Assembly (NCBI GenBank): GCA_964584035.1
Contig: CAZOYL010000008.1
Location: 16,593-31,482 of the forward strand
DNA length: 14,890 nucleotides
From: an uncultured Gemmatimonadota bacterium
GTDB taxonomy: Bacteria; SM23-81
Reading direction: 5' to 3'
In this document: in pieces, positions 6,915 through 14,890 of the stretch
How the letters are laid out: each line of letters opens with the position of its first letter
How positions within the stretch are numbered: position 1 is the first letter of the stretch
Position numbers and translations under genes: made by a program
The notes under the pieces: generated by a model
Told to the model about the DNA's origin: nothing
Seen by the model: only the letters and a program-made list of their open reading frames with translations
The model's database searches: none

Positions 6915-7925
6915 GTGATGCCGGTGAAACAGACGGTCGGCCGGGCCATGCCTCTGCTCGCATGCTGCGCTCTGTGGGTCTGCGGCAGCCTATGGTCATG
7001 CTCCAAGCCGGCGCCGGAGCATGGTCGATTGAGGGTCACGGCCAGCATCTTCCCCCTGGCCGATGTGGTCCGAGCGATCGGCGGTCAGCATGTGGAGGTG
7101 GATGTTCTGATACCGCCGGGCGCCAGCCCCCACGTTTTTGAACCTTCTCCCGAGGTCTATCGGCGGATCAGCGAAAGTCGCCTGTTCGTCATGGTCGGGG
7201 CGGGTATGGAGTTCTGGGCCGAGAAACTCATCACGGCCGGCGCCGGAATAAAGCCCTGCATTATCCGCGCCGCCGACGGCGTGGAACTCATTCAGACGGC
7301 CGGTCGTGATCATGAACCACGGCCATACGGGATCCGATCCTCCGCCGAGGAGCACGCTCCGGAACAGCCCCCATCCGATCAGGAGGAGCCGCCGCCGGAG
7401 CATCGGCACCGCTCCGGCAATCCCCACGTCTGGCTGGATCCCCTGCTGGTGGACACCCTGGCGGTGCGGATCTGCCGCGCGCTGAGCGAGCTCGATCCCG
7501 GTCAGGCCGAGGTGTACTCCCGGAACCTGTCTCGTTTTCGGGAACAACTGAGCGGGCTTCACCGGGCCATTCAGCAGACCGTGGACCGGTTTGGCACCAG
7601 GGAATACGTCGCTTTCCATCCCTCCTGGAGCTATTTCGCCCGGCGATACGGGCTCAGGGAGGCGGGCATCATCCAGCGCTCGCCCGGACGGGATCCCACC
7701 CCCAGACAGATCGAGGAGATCGTCAGAGCCATCGAACGGTACCACATCAGGGCGGTCTTTGCCGAGCCGCAGTTCAACCCCGCTGCCGCCGAGGCCATCG
7801 CCCAAGAGGCCGGCGTGGAGGTGCTCCTTCTCGATCCCCTGGGCGGACCGGATCTGCCCGGTCGCGATTCCTATATCGCCCTGATGTACCATAATCTCGA
7901 GATCATCAGAGAGGCCATGCAGTGA
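6915..7925 (+). CDS. znuA: Zn/Mn ABC transporter substrate-binding lipoprotein, cluster A-I (GTG 6924 is a likely alternative start)
   Basis: Possible lipobox LWS|C. Metal-ligand motifs GASPHVFEP, NPHVWLDP, FHPSWSYF and LDPL, with a charged loop before NPH. Confidence 0.88.
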   Translation: MMPVKQTVGRAMPLLACCALWVCGSLWSCSKPAPEHGRLRVTASIFPLADVVRAIGGQHVEVDVLIPPGASPHVFEPSPEVYRRISESRLFVMVGAGMEFWAEKLITAGAGIKPCIIRAADGVELIQTAGRDHEPRPYGIRSSAEEHAPEQPPSDQEEPPPEHRHRSGNPHVWLDPLLVDTLAVRICRALSELDPGQAEVYSRNLSRFREQLSGLHRAIQQTVDRFGTREYVAFHPSWSYFARRYGLREAGIIQRSPGRDPTPRQIEEIVRAIERYHIRAVFAEPQFNPAAAEAIAQEAGVEVLLLDPLGGPDLPGRDSYIALMYHNLEIIREAMQ

Positions 7926-8701
7926 GCCGTACCGTCGTGGATATCCGGGATCTGTGGGTTTCGTTGGACCATGAGCATATTCTCCAGGGAGTCGATCTTC
8001 AGATCCGGGAGGGAACCTTTCTGGGACTCATCGGGCCCAACGGAGGCGGCAAGACCACGCTCCTGAGGACCATCCTGGGTCTGGTGAAGCCCGATCGAGG
8101 AAGCGTGCGGATCTTTAATCTGCCGCCGGAGGACGGTCGCAACCGGGGATGCATGGGATATCTTCCCCAGCGGGCCTATGCCGATCTGGCCTTTCCGGTC
8201 AGCGTGTTCGATGTGGTCTTGATGGGCCGCTACGGGCGCATCGGGCTCTGGCGCCGGCCCTCCGCTGAAGATCGCCGCCGGACACTGGAGATACTGGAGG
8301 CCGTGGGAATGGCCCGGCTGAAGGACCGCCCCATCGGCCATCTCTCGGGCGGAGAACAGCAGCGGACCTTCATCGCTCGGGCCCTGGCCGGCGAGCCGCC
8401 GCTGCTGCTGCTGGATGAGCCCACCTCGGGTGTGGACACGAAGGCCCAGGAGTCTTTTTATCAGCTGTTAGGCAAGCTGAAAGAACAGTTTGCTCTGACG
8501 ATCGTTCTGGTCTCTCATGACATCGGGGTGGTGCCCCATTATACCGACGAGATCGCCTGTTTGAATCACACCCTTTATCTGCACGGCAAGAGCCCCGATG
8601 TTCTCGATGCCAGGACGCTGGGCCAGGTCTACGGCTGCGAGGTGGAGCTCCTGGTCCACGGCAAGATTCCCCACCGGGTCATCGGAGAGCATCATGATTG
8701 A
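7922..8701 (+). CDS. znuC: Metal ABC transporter ATP-binding protein
   Basis: Walker A GPNGGGKT, signature LSGGEQQR, Walker [10 protein letters not shown]-loop SHD. GTGA overlap with the znuA stop. Confidence 0.9.
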   Translation: MSRTVVDIRDLWVSLDHEHILQGVDLQIREGTFLGLIGPNGGGKTTLLRTILGLVKPDRGSVRIFNLPPEDGRNRGCMGYLPQRAYADLAFPVSVFDVVLMGRYGRIGLWRRPSAEDRRRTLEILEAVGMARLKDRPIGHLSGGEQQRTFIARALAGEPPLLLLDEPTSGVDTKAQESFYQLLGKLKEQFALTIVLVSHDIGVVPHYTDEIACLNHTLYLHGKSPDVLDARTLGQVYGCEVELLVHGKIPHRVIGEHHD

Positions 8702-9515
8702 TGCCTTTGAGATGGGATTTATGCAGCGGGCTCTGGCCGCCGGCGTGCTCATCGCCGTTCTCTGCGCCCTGTTCTCGGTCTTCGTCGTGCTGAGACGGTT
8801 CTCCTTTATCGGCGTAGGCATCTCGCACTCGGCCTTCGGCGGCGTGGCTCTGGGCTATCTGATTGGGCTCGATCCCACCCTGACGGCCCTTCTCTTCGCA
8901 GGCGTGGTGGCCCTCCTGATCGGGTTCATCAAACGGCGGGGCCGCCTTCATGAGGATACCGCCATCGGCATCTTTTTTTCCCTGACGATGGCTCTGGGCA
9001 TCCTGTTCATCGGCCTTTCGAGGCGCTATAACGTGGACCTGTTCGGCTATCTGTTCGGCAACATCCTGTCCGTCACCCGGGGAGATTTAGCCATCATCGC
9101 CGTCATCGCTCCGATCATTTTCGTTCTCATGCTCTCGGTGTTCAAGGAGCTGCTGTTTCTTTCTTTCGATGAGGAGGTCGCCAGGGTGAGCGGAGTGGCG
9201 GTGGCGCCGGTCTATTACTTTTTTCTGCTGGCCATGGCCGTCACCATCGTCATCGCCATCAAGCTGATCGGCATCGTCCTGGTCTCGGCCATGATGGTCC
9301 TTCCGGCCGCCACGGCCCGCCAGATGGTCGATCGATACCGGAGCCTGACCTGGTGGTCCATCGCTCTGGCCGTGGCCGCCACCGTGGCCGGATTGATCCT
9401 CTCTTATTATCTGGATCTGGCCTCGGGGGCGACCATCGTGCTGGTCGCCGGAACGCTGTTTTTCTGCTCTTTCATCTACCGCAGCCTGCGGGCCGGAGCT
9501 TCGCAAAGGGCCTGA
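8694..9515 (+). CDS. znuB: Metal ABC transporter permease (ABC-3 family)
   Basis: GGAG at 8684-8687 precedes ATG 8694. Motifs FMQRAL, SHSAFGG, EDTAIG, YLFGNIL, FDEEVARVSG and LPAATAR. Confidence 0.9.
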   Translation: MIDAFEMGFMQRALAAGVLIAVLCALFSVFVVLRRFSFIGVGISHSAFGGVALGYLIGLDPTLTALLFAGVVALLIGFIKRRGRLHEDTAIGIFFSLTMALGILFIGLSRRYNVDLFGYLFGNILSVTRGDLAIIAVIAPIIFVLMLSVFKELLFLSFDEEVARVSGVAVAPVYYFFLLAMAVTIVIAIKLIGIVLVSAMMVLPAATARQMVDRYRSLTWWSIALAVAATVAGLILSYYLDLASGATIVLVAGTLFFCSFIYRSLRAGASQRA

Positions 9516-9530
9516 CCGGGGGAGAGGGTC

Positions 9531-10466
9531 ATGGATGTCGATCTATCGGTCGATCTGGATGGTCTGCGCCTGAAAAACCCGGTCCTGGTCGCCTCCGGGA
9601 CCTGGGGATGGGGCCAGGAATACGCCCCGCTGGTCGATCCCGACCTGTTGGGAGGGCTGGTCACCAAGGCGGTTACCCTGCAGCCCCGGGAGGGCCATCG
9701 CCCGCCCCGCACGGCGGAGACGCCCTGCGGATTGCTCAACGCCATCGGCCTGGCCAATATCGGCGTGGACCGGTTCATCGCCGAGAAGCTGCCGGTTTTG
9801 GAAGGCCTGAAGACGGCCGTCATCGTCAACGTGGCCGGAAGCACTCCGGAGGAATATCTCAGCGTGGTCCGGAAGCTGGAGGGGCGGGCCGGCATCGACG
9901 CCCTGGAGATCAACATCTCCTGTCCCAATGTCCGCCAGGGCGGTATGGCCTTTGGGACCGACCCCGGGGTTGCCCATCATCTTCTGGCCGCCATTCGAGA
10001 TGTCACCAGGCGGTTTCTGATCGCCAAGCTGTCACCCAATGTGACCGATATCGCCGCCGTCGCGCAGGGCGCCGCCGATGCCGGGGTCAACGCCCTGTCG
10101 CTGATCAACACCCTGGTGGGCATGGCCGTCGATGTGGACACCTGGCGGCCCCGCCTGTCCACCGTCACCGGCGGCCTGTCCGGCCCGGCCATCCGGCCGG
10201 TGGCTCTGGCCGCGGTATGGAAGACGGCCCGGAGCGTTTCCCTGCCGGTCATCGGGATGGGCGGGATCATGTCGGCCGGGGACGCGGTGGAGTTTCTTCT
10301 GGCCGGCGCCCGGGCGATTCAGGTCGGGACCGCCAATTTTGTGGATCCCCGGACGCCCCTGGAGATCATTGCCGGACTGAAACAATACTGCTCCCGGCGA
10401 GGAATCGAATCGGTGGGTCAGCTGGTCGGACAATTACGCCCATCAAATGCAGGAGCGGCGGAATGA
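9531..10466 (+). CDS. pyrD: Dihydroorotate dehydrogenase B (family 1B), catalytic subunit
   Basis: LKNPVLVASGT, LNAIGLAN, catalytic NISCPN, KLSPNVTD, INT, GGLSGPAI, GMGGI and QVGTANF. Confidence 0.95.
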   Translation: MDVDLSVDLDGLRLKNPVLVASGTWGWGQEYAPLVDPDLLGGLVTKAVTLQPREGHRPPRTAETPCGLLNAIGLANIGVDRFIAEKLPVLEGLKTAVIVNVAGSTPEEYLSVVRKLEGRAGIDALEINISCPNVRQGGMAFGTDPGVAHHLLAAIRDVTRRFLIAKLSPNVTDIAAVAQGAADAGVNALSLINTLVGMAVDVDTWRPRLSTVTGGLSGPAIRPVALAAVWKTARSVSLPVIGMGGIMSAGDAVEFLLAGARAIQVGTANFVDPRTPLEIIAGLKQYCSRRGIESVGQLVGQLRPSNAGAAE

Positions 10467-10515
10467 TCGCGCGGCCGCTCAGCGGACAAAAATTCTGAAC
10501 AGAGGAGGAGGGACC

Positions 10516-12399
10516 ATGGAACGCCATCGTATCAGGACCATTGCTCTGCCGGCCCTGCTGGCGATATCCCTGTTGGCCGGCGCTCACCGGCCCGCCCTGG
10601 CCGTCAGTTATGTGCGCCTTGACGGCGAGACCTTTCTGCAGACGAACGTCCCCGATACCGTGGAGGTGACGGCCGACTGCGCCCAGCCGGGCAACCGGGT
10701 GACGGCCGAGATTTATCTGGACATGAATGATAACGGACTGGTGGACGGCGAGGAGCTGCTGGTTCAGTTCGCCTATCTCAACGATGGCATACCCTCGCTG
10801 AAAAATGAGCAGGGAGAAAAGATCCCCGGAGATGACGATGCCCAGATCAACGGACTGCTGAGCCATTTTCTGGAGATCCTGGAGGAGGACTACAGCTTTT
10901 CGACCATTCCCATGCAGTTCGTCATCCGGCTGACCGACCAGGACCGTTCGGCGGCCCAGGCCGTCCTGCGGGTGCTGCCGCCGCCGGTCCAGAGGCCCTA
11001 TATCGGGGGAACGGTCACCGATGCGGGCAGCGCCGCGCCCCTGGACAGCATGGCCGTGGTGGCTTATGAGACCACGACCGACGACTATCGGGCGACCATC
11101 AGCGACGGGGCCGGCCGCTACCTGCTGAACGTCGAGGCCGGGCAGTGGCGGGTGTTTACCCGGGACCTGCGGAATTACTATGCGCCTGCCGATTCCCAGA
11201 CGATCTCCGTGGCCGCCCAGGATTCGGCCGTGGCCGATTTCGCCCTGTCCCCCTATCCGGCCTACATCACCGGGAAGGTGGACAGCAGCGGCAGCAGCCC
11301 GGTGCCCGGCGTGATGGTGGCGGCCGTTGAGGAGAGCTTCGACACCTGGGTCGGATGGACCCGGGCCGACGGCCACTATCGCATCGGCGTGACGCCCGGC
11401 ACGTACGATATCTACCCCTTGTTTTTGCCCGCCGGATACGCTTCCAACCCTCCCCGACATTTAAACGTGGTGGTGAACTCCGGAGACGTCATCGAGGGCA
11501 AGAATTTTGTCCTCGGACGTCCCACCAGCCACATCGAGGGGCAGGTCACCTATCAGGCCGGCGGCGGCGCCGGCGGCGTGACCATCAATGCCTTCTCCGT
11601 GGCGGGATACAACTATACCACCTACACCGACGAGGACGGTCATTACTCACTGGCCGTTCTGGCGGCCAGCTATATGATCAGCGCCGAGCTGGAGGGCTAC
11701 CAGGTGACCGCCCCGGTGACCGGATTCTATTTTTCTGTCACGGTGCAGTTGAACCAGACGGTGACCGGCAAAGATTTCGTCATCGCCCCGACCGGCGGCG
11801 GCCCGGCCTCCATCTCCGGCACGGTGACTTACCAGGCCGGCGGCCAGCCGGCCGAGGGCGTCTATGCCGTGATCTATAATGATCAGGAGAATTCCTCCCT
11901 GGGATGGGATTTCACCGAGACGGACGGGGTCGGTTATTACCAGTTCGGCGACATCATCGATGGAAGCTGGCTCATCGGCGTCTATCAGCCCGGCTATGAG
12001 AGCGATCCGCTGTTGCGCCAGGCGACCGTATTCTTCGGCGTGGCCGCCGACGGCCAGGATTTCGAGCTGACCACGGGGACGTCCGTGCCGGACGATGCCG
12101 GCGGTGATCGTCCGTCCGATTTTGCCCTGTTGCCGAACCGTCCGAACCCTTTTAATGACGGGACGCTGATTGCCTTCAGCCTGCCCGACGAGGACGGTCA
12201 GGATGTCACCCTGAAGATCTTCAATGTCACCGGGCAGGAGGTTCGCGCCCTGGTCGACGGACCCCGGGGCGGCGGCCTGCATCTGGTGCGCTGGGATGGG
12301 CGCGGAGTGGCGGGTTCGCCGGTTTCCTCGGGAATCTACTTCGCCGAGCTGCGCGCCGGGAACCGCAGGCAGGTCCAGAAATTGGTGTTGCTGAGGTAG
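10516..12399 (+). CDS. Secreted protein with four carboxypeptidase-regulatory/Cna-B-like repeats and a C-terminal T9SS type A / FlgD-Ig sorting domain
   Basis: AGGAGG RBS precedes ATG 10516. Sec signal peptide ends in ALA. Four IxGxV-starting beta-sandwich repeats. C-terminus NRPNPFN...LKIFNVTGQEV...WDG...SSGIYF...KLVLLR. Confidence 0.85.
   Translation: MERHRIRTIALPALLAISLLAGAHRPALAVSYVRLDGETFLQTNVPDTVEVTADCAQPGNRVTAEIYLDMNDNGLVDGEELLVQFAYLNDGIPSLKNEQGEKIPGDDDAQINGLLSHFLEILEEDYSFSTIPMQFVIRLTDQDRSAAQAVLRVLPPPVQRPYIGGTVTDAGSAAPLDSMAVVAYETTTDDYRATISDGAGRYLLNVEAGQWRVFTRDLRNYYAPADSQTISVAAQDSAVADFALSPYPAYITGKVDSSGSSPVPGVMVAAVEESFDTWVGWTRADGHYRIGVTPGTYDIYPLFLPAGYASNPPRHLNVVVNSGDVIEGKNFVLGRPTSHIEGQVTYQAGGGAGGVTINAFSVAGYNYTTYTDEDGHYSLAVLAASYMISAELEGYQVTAPVTGFYFSVTVQLNQTVTGKDFVIAPTGGGPASISGTVTYQAGGQPAEGVYAVIYNDQENSSLGWDFTETDGVGYYQFGDIIDGSWLIGVYQPGYESDPLLRQATVFFGVAADGQDFELTTGTSVPDDAGGDRPSDFALLPNRPNPFNDGTLIAFSLPDEDGQDVTLKIFNVTGQEVRALVDGPRGGGLHLVRWDGRGVAGSPVSSGIYFAELRAGNRRQVQKLVLLR
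10996..12069 (+). repeat. Four tandem intragenic protein repeats of about 88-93 aa
   Basis: Repeats begin near 10996 (PYIGGTVTD), 11260 (AYITGKVDS), 11527 (SHIEGQVTYQAGG) and 11806 (ASISGTVTYQAGG). Each has a central DGxGxY-like motif and ends in (D/N)Fx(L/I). Confidence 0.75.
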
Positions 12400-12403
12400 C
12401 CTG

Positions 12404-12838
12404 ATGAATCATCCATCGATTGTCCGACCGGCCCTCACGGCGCTGGTCGTTCTGGCCGGCCTGGCCTGCTCGGCCGCGCCCCGGTATACGCGAACGCCCG
12501 GAGGTCCCCGGCGGGATCTGCCGGGCAGCGTCCGCAGGGTCCAGGAGGGCGTGGCCTCGTATTATGCCGATCAGTTTCATGGCCGCCGGACGGCCAACGG
12601 CGAGACCTTCGATATGCACGCCATGACCGCCGCTCACCGGTCGCTGCCCTTCAACACCCGGGTGCGGGTCACCAACCTGGACAACGGCCGTTCGGTGGTG
12701 GTGCGGATCAACGACCGGGGACCCTTCGTGGAGGGCCGGATCATCGACCTGTCTTATGGCGCCGCGGGAGCCGTGGGCATGATCGGTCCGGGGACGGCCC
12801 GGGTGCGCCTGGAGGTGCTGGAGATGGGGGACGGGTAG
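12404..12838 (+). CDS. rlpA: Septal ring lytic transglycosylase RlpA-family lipoprotein (DPBB domain only)
   Basis: Lipobox GLA|C. Motifs GVASYY, GRRTANGE, TAAHRSLPF and RINDRGPF..GRIIDLS. Confidence 0.93.
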   Translation: MNHPSIVRPALTALVVLAGLACSAAPRYTRTPGGPRRDLPGSVRRVQEGVASYYADQFHGRRTANGETFDMHAMTAAHRSLPFNTRVRVTNLDNGRSVVVRINDRGPFVEGRIIDLSYGAAGAVGMIGPGTARVRLEVLEMGDG

Positions 12839-12849
12839 GAGGTGACTCT

Positions 12850-12957
12850 ATGGATTTCTCGTTCGACACCGAACAGGGTCTGATCCGGAAAACGGTCCGG
12901 GAATACGCCCCAAAAAAGATCGCTCCGCGGGTCAGGGAGGTTATGACGGTTCGATGA
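12850..12957 (+). pseudogene. Truncated acyl-CoA dehydrogenase N-terminal fragment (35 aa)
   Basis: Strong RBS AGGAGGTGA at 12837-12845. Translates as MDFSFDTEQGLIRKTVREYAPKKIAPRVREVMTVR*, matching the typical acyl-CoA dehydrogenase start MDFxLxxEQxxIRxxVRxFAxxEIAP. Confidence 0.75.
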
Positions 12958-13784
12958 AACCGTCCCGCCCCATGTCTTTCACCCAAAAACTCCTCGGCGC
13001 CAGCCGGCGGAATGATTCGTTGCTGTGCATCGGTCTGGATGCCGATGTGGAGCGTATTCCTCGATGCCTCCTGAAAGAGGCTCACCCCGTGCTGGCCTTC
13101 AACCGGGCCATCATCGAGGCCACCAGCGACCTGGTGTGCGCTTACAAGCCCAACGCGGCCTTCTATGAAGTATTGGGGTCAGAGGGCTGGCGGACGCTGG
13201 CGGACACCCGGCAGATGGTGCCCGGCGAGATACCCGTTATCGTCGATGCCAAGCGGGGCGACATCGGCAACACCGCCCGGCTCTATGCCCGGGCTTTTTT
13301 CGAAGGGCTGCAGTTCGATGCCATCACCGTCAATCCGTACATGGGATTCGACGCCGTGGCCCCGTTTCTGGAATATCCCGGACGGTGCGCCCTGGTCTTG
13401 TGCCTCACATCCAACCCCTCTGCCGGCGAGGTCGAGGGACTCTCGGCCGGCGGAGAGCCCGTCTTTTTGCACGTCGCCCGCCGGGTCGTGGAGTGGAGCC
13501 GTCACGGCAGCTGCGGGTTGGTGGTGGGGGCCACCCAGGCTGGTGACCTTCGGCAGGTCCGCCGGATAGCTCCCCGGCTGCCCATCCTGATTCCCGGGGT
13601 GGGCGCCCAGGGCGGCGATCTGCCGCAGGCTGTCGCCAACGGCGTCGATGCCTCCGGCGAGCTGGCCATCATCAACGTCGCCCGGTCGGTCCTGTATGCC
13701 TCCGACGGCCCTGATTTTGCCGAACGGGCCCGCCAGGAGGCGATGATTATGAGGGATGCCATCAATAGCGCCCGTCGCAGTTGA
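12954..13784 (+). CDS. pyrF: Orotidine-5'-phosphate decarboxylase, subfamily 2 (alternative start ATG 12972)
   Basis: LCIGLD, YKPNAAFYE, catalytic DAKRGDIGNT, NPYMGFD, TSNP, VVGAT and PGVGAQGG. Confidence 0.95.
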   Translation: MKPSRPMSFTQKLLGASRRNDSLLCIGLDADVERIPRCLLKEAHPVLAFNRAIIEATSDLVCAYKPNAAFYEVLGSEGWRTLADTRQMVPGEIPVIVDAKRGDIGNTARLYARAFFEGLQFDAITVNPYMGFDAVAPFLEYPGRCALVLCLTSNPSAGEVEGLSAGGEPVFLHVARRVVEWSRHGSCGLVVGATQAGDLRQVRRIAPRLPILIPGVGAQGGDLPQAVANGVDASGELAIINVARSVLYASDGPDFAERARQEAMIMRDAINSARRS

Positions 13785-13811
13785 AAGAACATCCCTGCAC
13801 AGGTGGTGAAG

Positions 13812-14387
13812 ATGCTCTCAGCCGAAGAGATCACGGCCATCCTGGAGGAAACCGGGGCCATCCAAATGGGCCATTTCCTCCTCTCGTCCGGACTGCACAG
13901 CCCGGTCTATATACAGTGCGCCCTGGTTTTCCAGCACCCCCGTCAGGCCGAGCGATTAGGGGTGGAGTTGGCCGGGCTGTTCGCCCGGGAGCGGGTGGAT
14001 GCGGTTATATCTCCGGCCGTGGGCGGCATCGTCACCGGTCAGGAGGTCGCCCGGGCTCTCGGGGTCAGGGCCCTTTTTGCCGAGCGGGAATCGGGGGCCA
14101 TGCGCCTGAGGCGGGGTTTTCAGATTCAGCCGGGAGAACGGATCCTGGTGGTGGACGACGTCATGACCCGGGGCGGATCGATCGGCGAGACCGCCGGTGT
14201 GGTCCGGGAATGGGCCGGGGAGGTGGCGGGCATCGCGGTAGTGGTGGATCGCAGCGGCGGAGATGTCCACTGGGAGGTACCCCTGAGGAGTCTGGTTCGC
14301 ATGAAGGCGATCACTCATGCGCCCGAGAAGTGTCCCCTGTGCCGCGATGGTGTGCCCCTGACGAAACCGGGAAGCAGAAAACAATAG
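13812..14387 (+). CDS. pyrE: Orotate phosphoribosyltransferase (Thermus-type); track start is 13803
   Basis: GHFLLSSGLHS..Y.Q, FAER, PRPP motif VVDDVMTRGGS, DRS, and C-terminal CPLC...KPGS. AGGTG precedes ATG 13812. Confidence 0.93.
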   Translation: MLSAEEITAILEETGAIQMGHFLLSSGLHSPVYIQCALVFQHPRQAERLGVELAGLFARERVDAVISPAVGGIVTGQEVARALGVRALFAERESGAMRLRRGFQIQPGERILVVDDVMTRGGSIGETAGVVREWAGEVAGIAVVVDRSGGDVHWEVPLRSLVRMKAITHAPEKCPLCRDGVPLTKPGSRKQ

Positions 14388-14396
14388 AGAGAAACC

Positions 14397-14890
14397 GTGT
14401 CCCTTCCCTTTGATCCGAAAACCACCGTCCTGATCGTTTTCTGCCTGGTCTATATCTTTCTGATCTTCAGCCGTCACTACCGGGCCCTGGCCCTGTGGAT
14501 CGGCATCGGTCTGTTGATCATCTTCGGACGGGTGACGCCCGGCCATATCCTCAGCGACATCAACTGGAACGTCATCGGCATCTTCGCCGGCACGCTGGTG
14601 CTGGCCGAGCTGTTCATTCTGTCCCTGGTTCCGGCTCGCCTGGCCGCCCTGCTGGTGAGCCGCTCCTCCACGGTGGGCGTCGCCGTGCTGTGGATCTGCG
14701 CGCTGACCAGCGTCATCTCCGCCTTCGTGGAGAACGTGGCCACGGTGCTGATCGTGGCCCCCATTGCCCTGGAGATATCACGGCGGCTGAAGGTCTCGCC
14801 GGTGACCTTTCTTATTGCCCTGGCCATCGCCTCCAATCTGCAGGGAACGGCCACCCTGATCGGCGATCCCCCCAGCATGATCCTGGCGGC
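14397..14890 (+). CDS. ArsB/NhaD/SLC13-family ion-transporter permease, N-terminal part (3' truncated; missing from the ORF track)
   Basis: Manual translation from GTG 14397 is open to the window end: MSLPFDPKTTVLIVFCLVYIFLIF...INWNVIGIFAG...SAFVENVATVLIVAP...IASNLQGTATLIGDPPSMILA. Confidence 0.88.
   Translation, partial: MSLPFDPKTTVLIVFCLVYIFLIFSRHYRALALWIGIGLLIIFGRVTPGHILSDINWNVIGIFAGTLVLAELFILSLVPARLAALLVSRSSTVGVAVLWICALTSVISAFVENVATVLIVAPIALEISRRLKVSPVTFLIALAIASNLQGTATLIGDPPSMILA

Noticed and set aside
178..14878. Many long minus-strand and alternative-frame ORFs (e.g. 2777-3703, 6996-7892, 9353-10498, 10366-11460, 13781-14413)
   Set aside because: They overlap well-supported + strand genes, carry no recognisable motifs, and are expected shadows in GC-rich coding DNA.
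1..14890. CRISPR array, tRNA/rRNA, IS element, prophage or defence system
   Set aside because: No regularly spaced repeats, cloverleaf, transposase, integrase or nuclease motifs were seen by eye. The repeated DNA is explained by the lepB paralogs and intragenic domain repeats.
14397..14890. Calling the last gene arsB and treating the whole window as an arsenic island
   Set aside because: The motifs identify only the broad ArsB/NhaD/SLC13 superfamily, and about 12 kb of housekeeping genes separate it from the ArsP-like module.

Overview
GC-rich bacterial chromosomal segment with every credible gene on the + strand. Gene order: (partial) DUF318/ArsP-family permease, small CPKC thioredoxin, membrane-anchored CVPC thioredoxin, CcdA | two tandem signal peptidase I paralogs and a terminator | TPR lipoprotein, pyrK | znuA-znuC-znuB-like metal ABC transporter, pyrD, a secreted four-repeat protein with a T9SS/FlgD-Ig-type C-terminal domain, rlpA, a 35-aa acyl-CoA dehydrogenase remnant, pyrF, pyrE, and a (partial) ArsB/NhaD-family permease. 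The C-terminal sorting domain suggests an FCB-associated lineage such as a KSB1/Zixibacteria/Latescibacterota-like group (inference only). I saw no RNA genes, CRISPR arrays or mobile elements, and no clearly novel system. The most notable points are: a pyrK-pyrD-pyrF-pyrE cluster split by two cargo blocks; a znu cassette with tandem sigma70-like promoters; an acyl-CoA dehydrogenase relic missing from the ORF track that overlaps the pyrF start; and a lepB duplication preceded by a structured leader.
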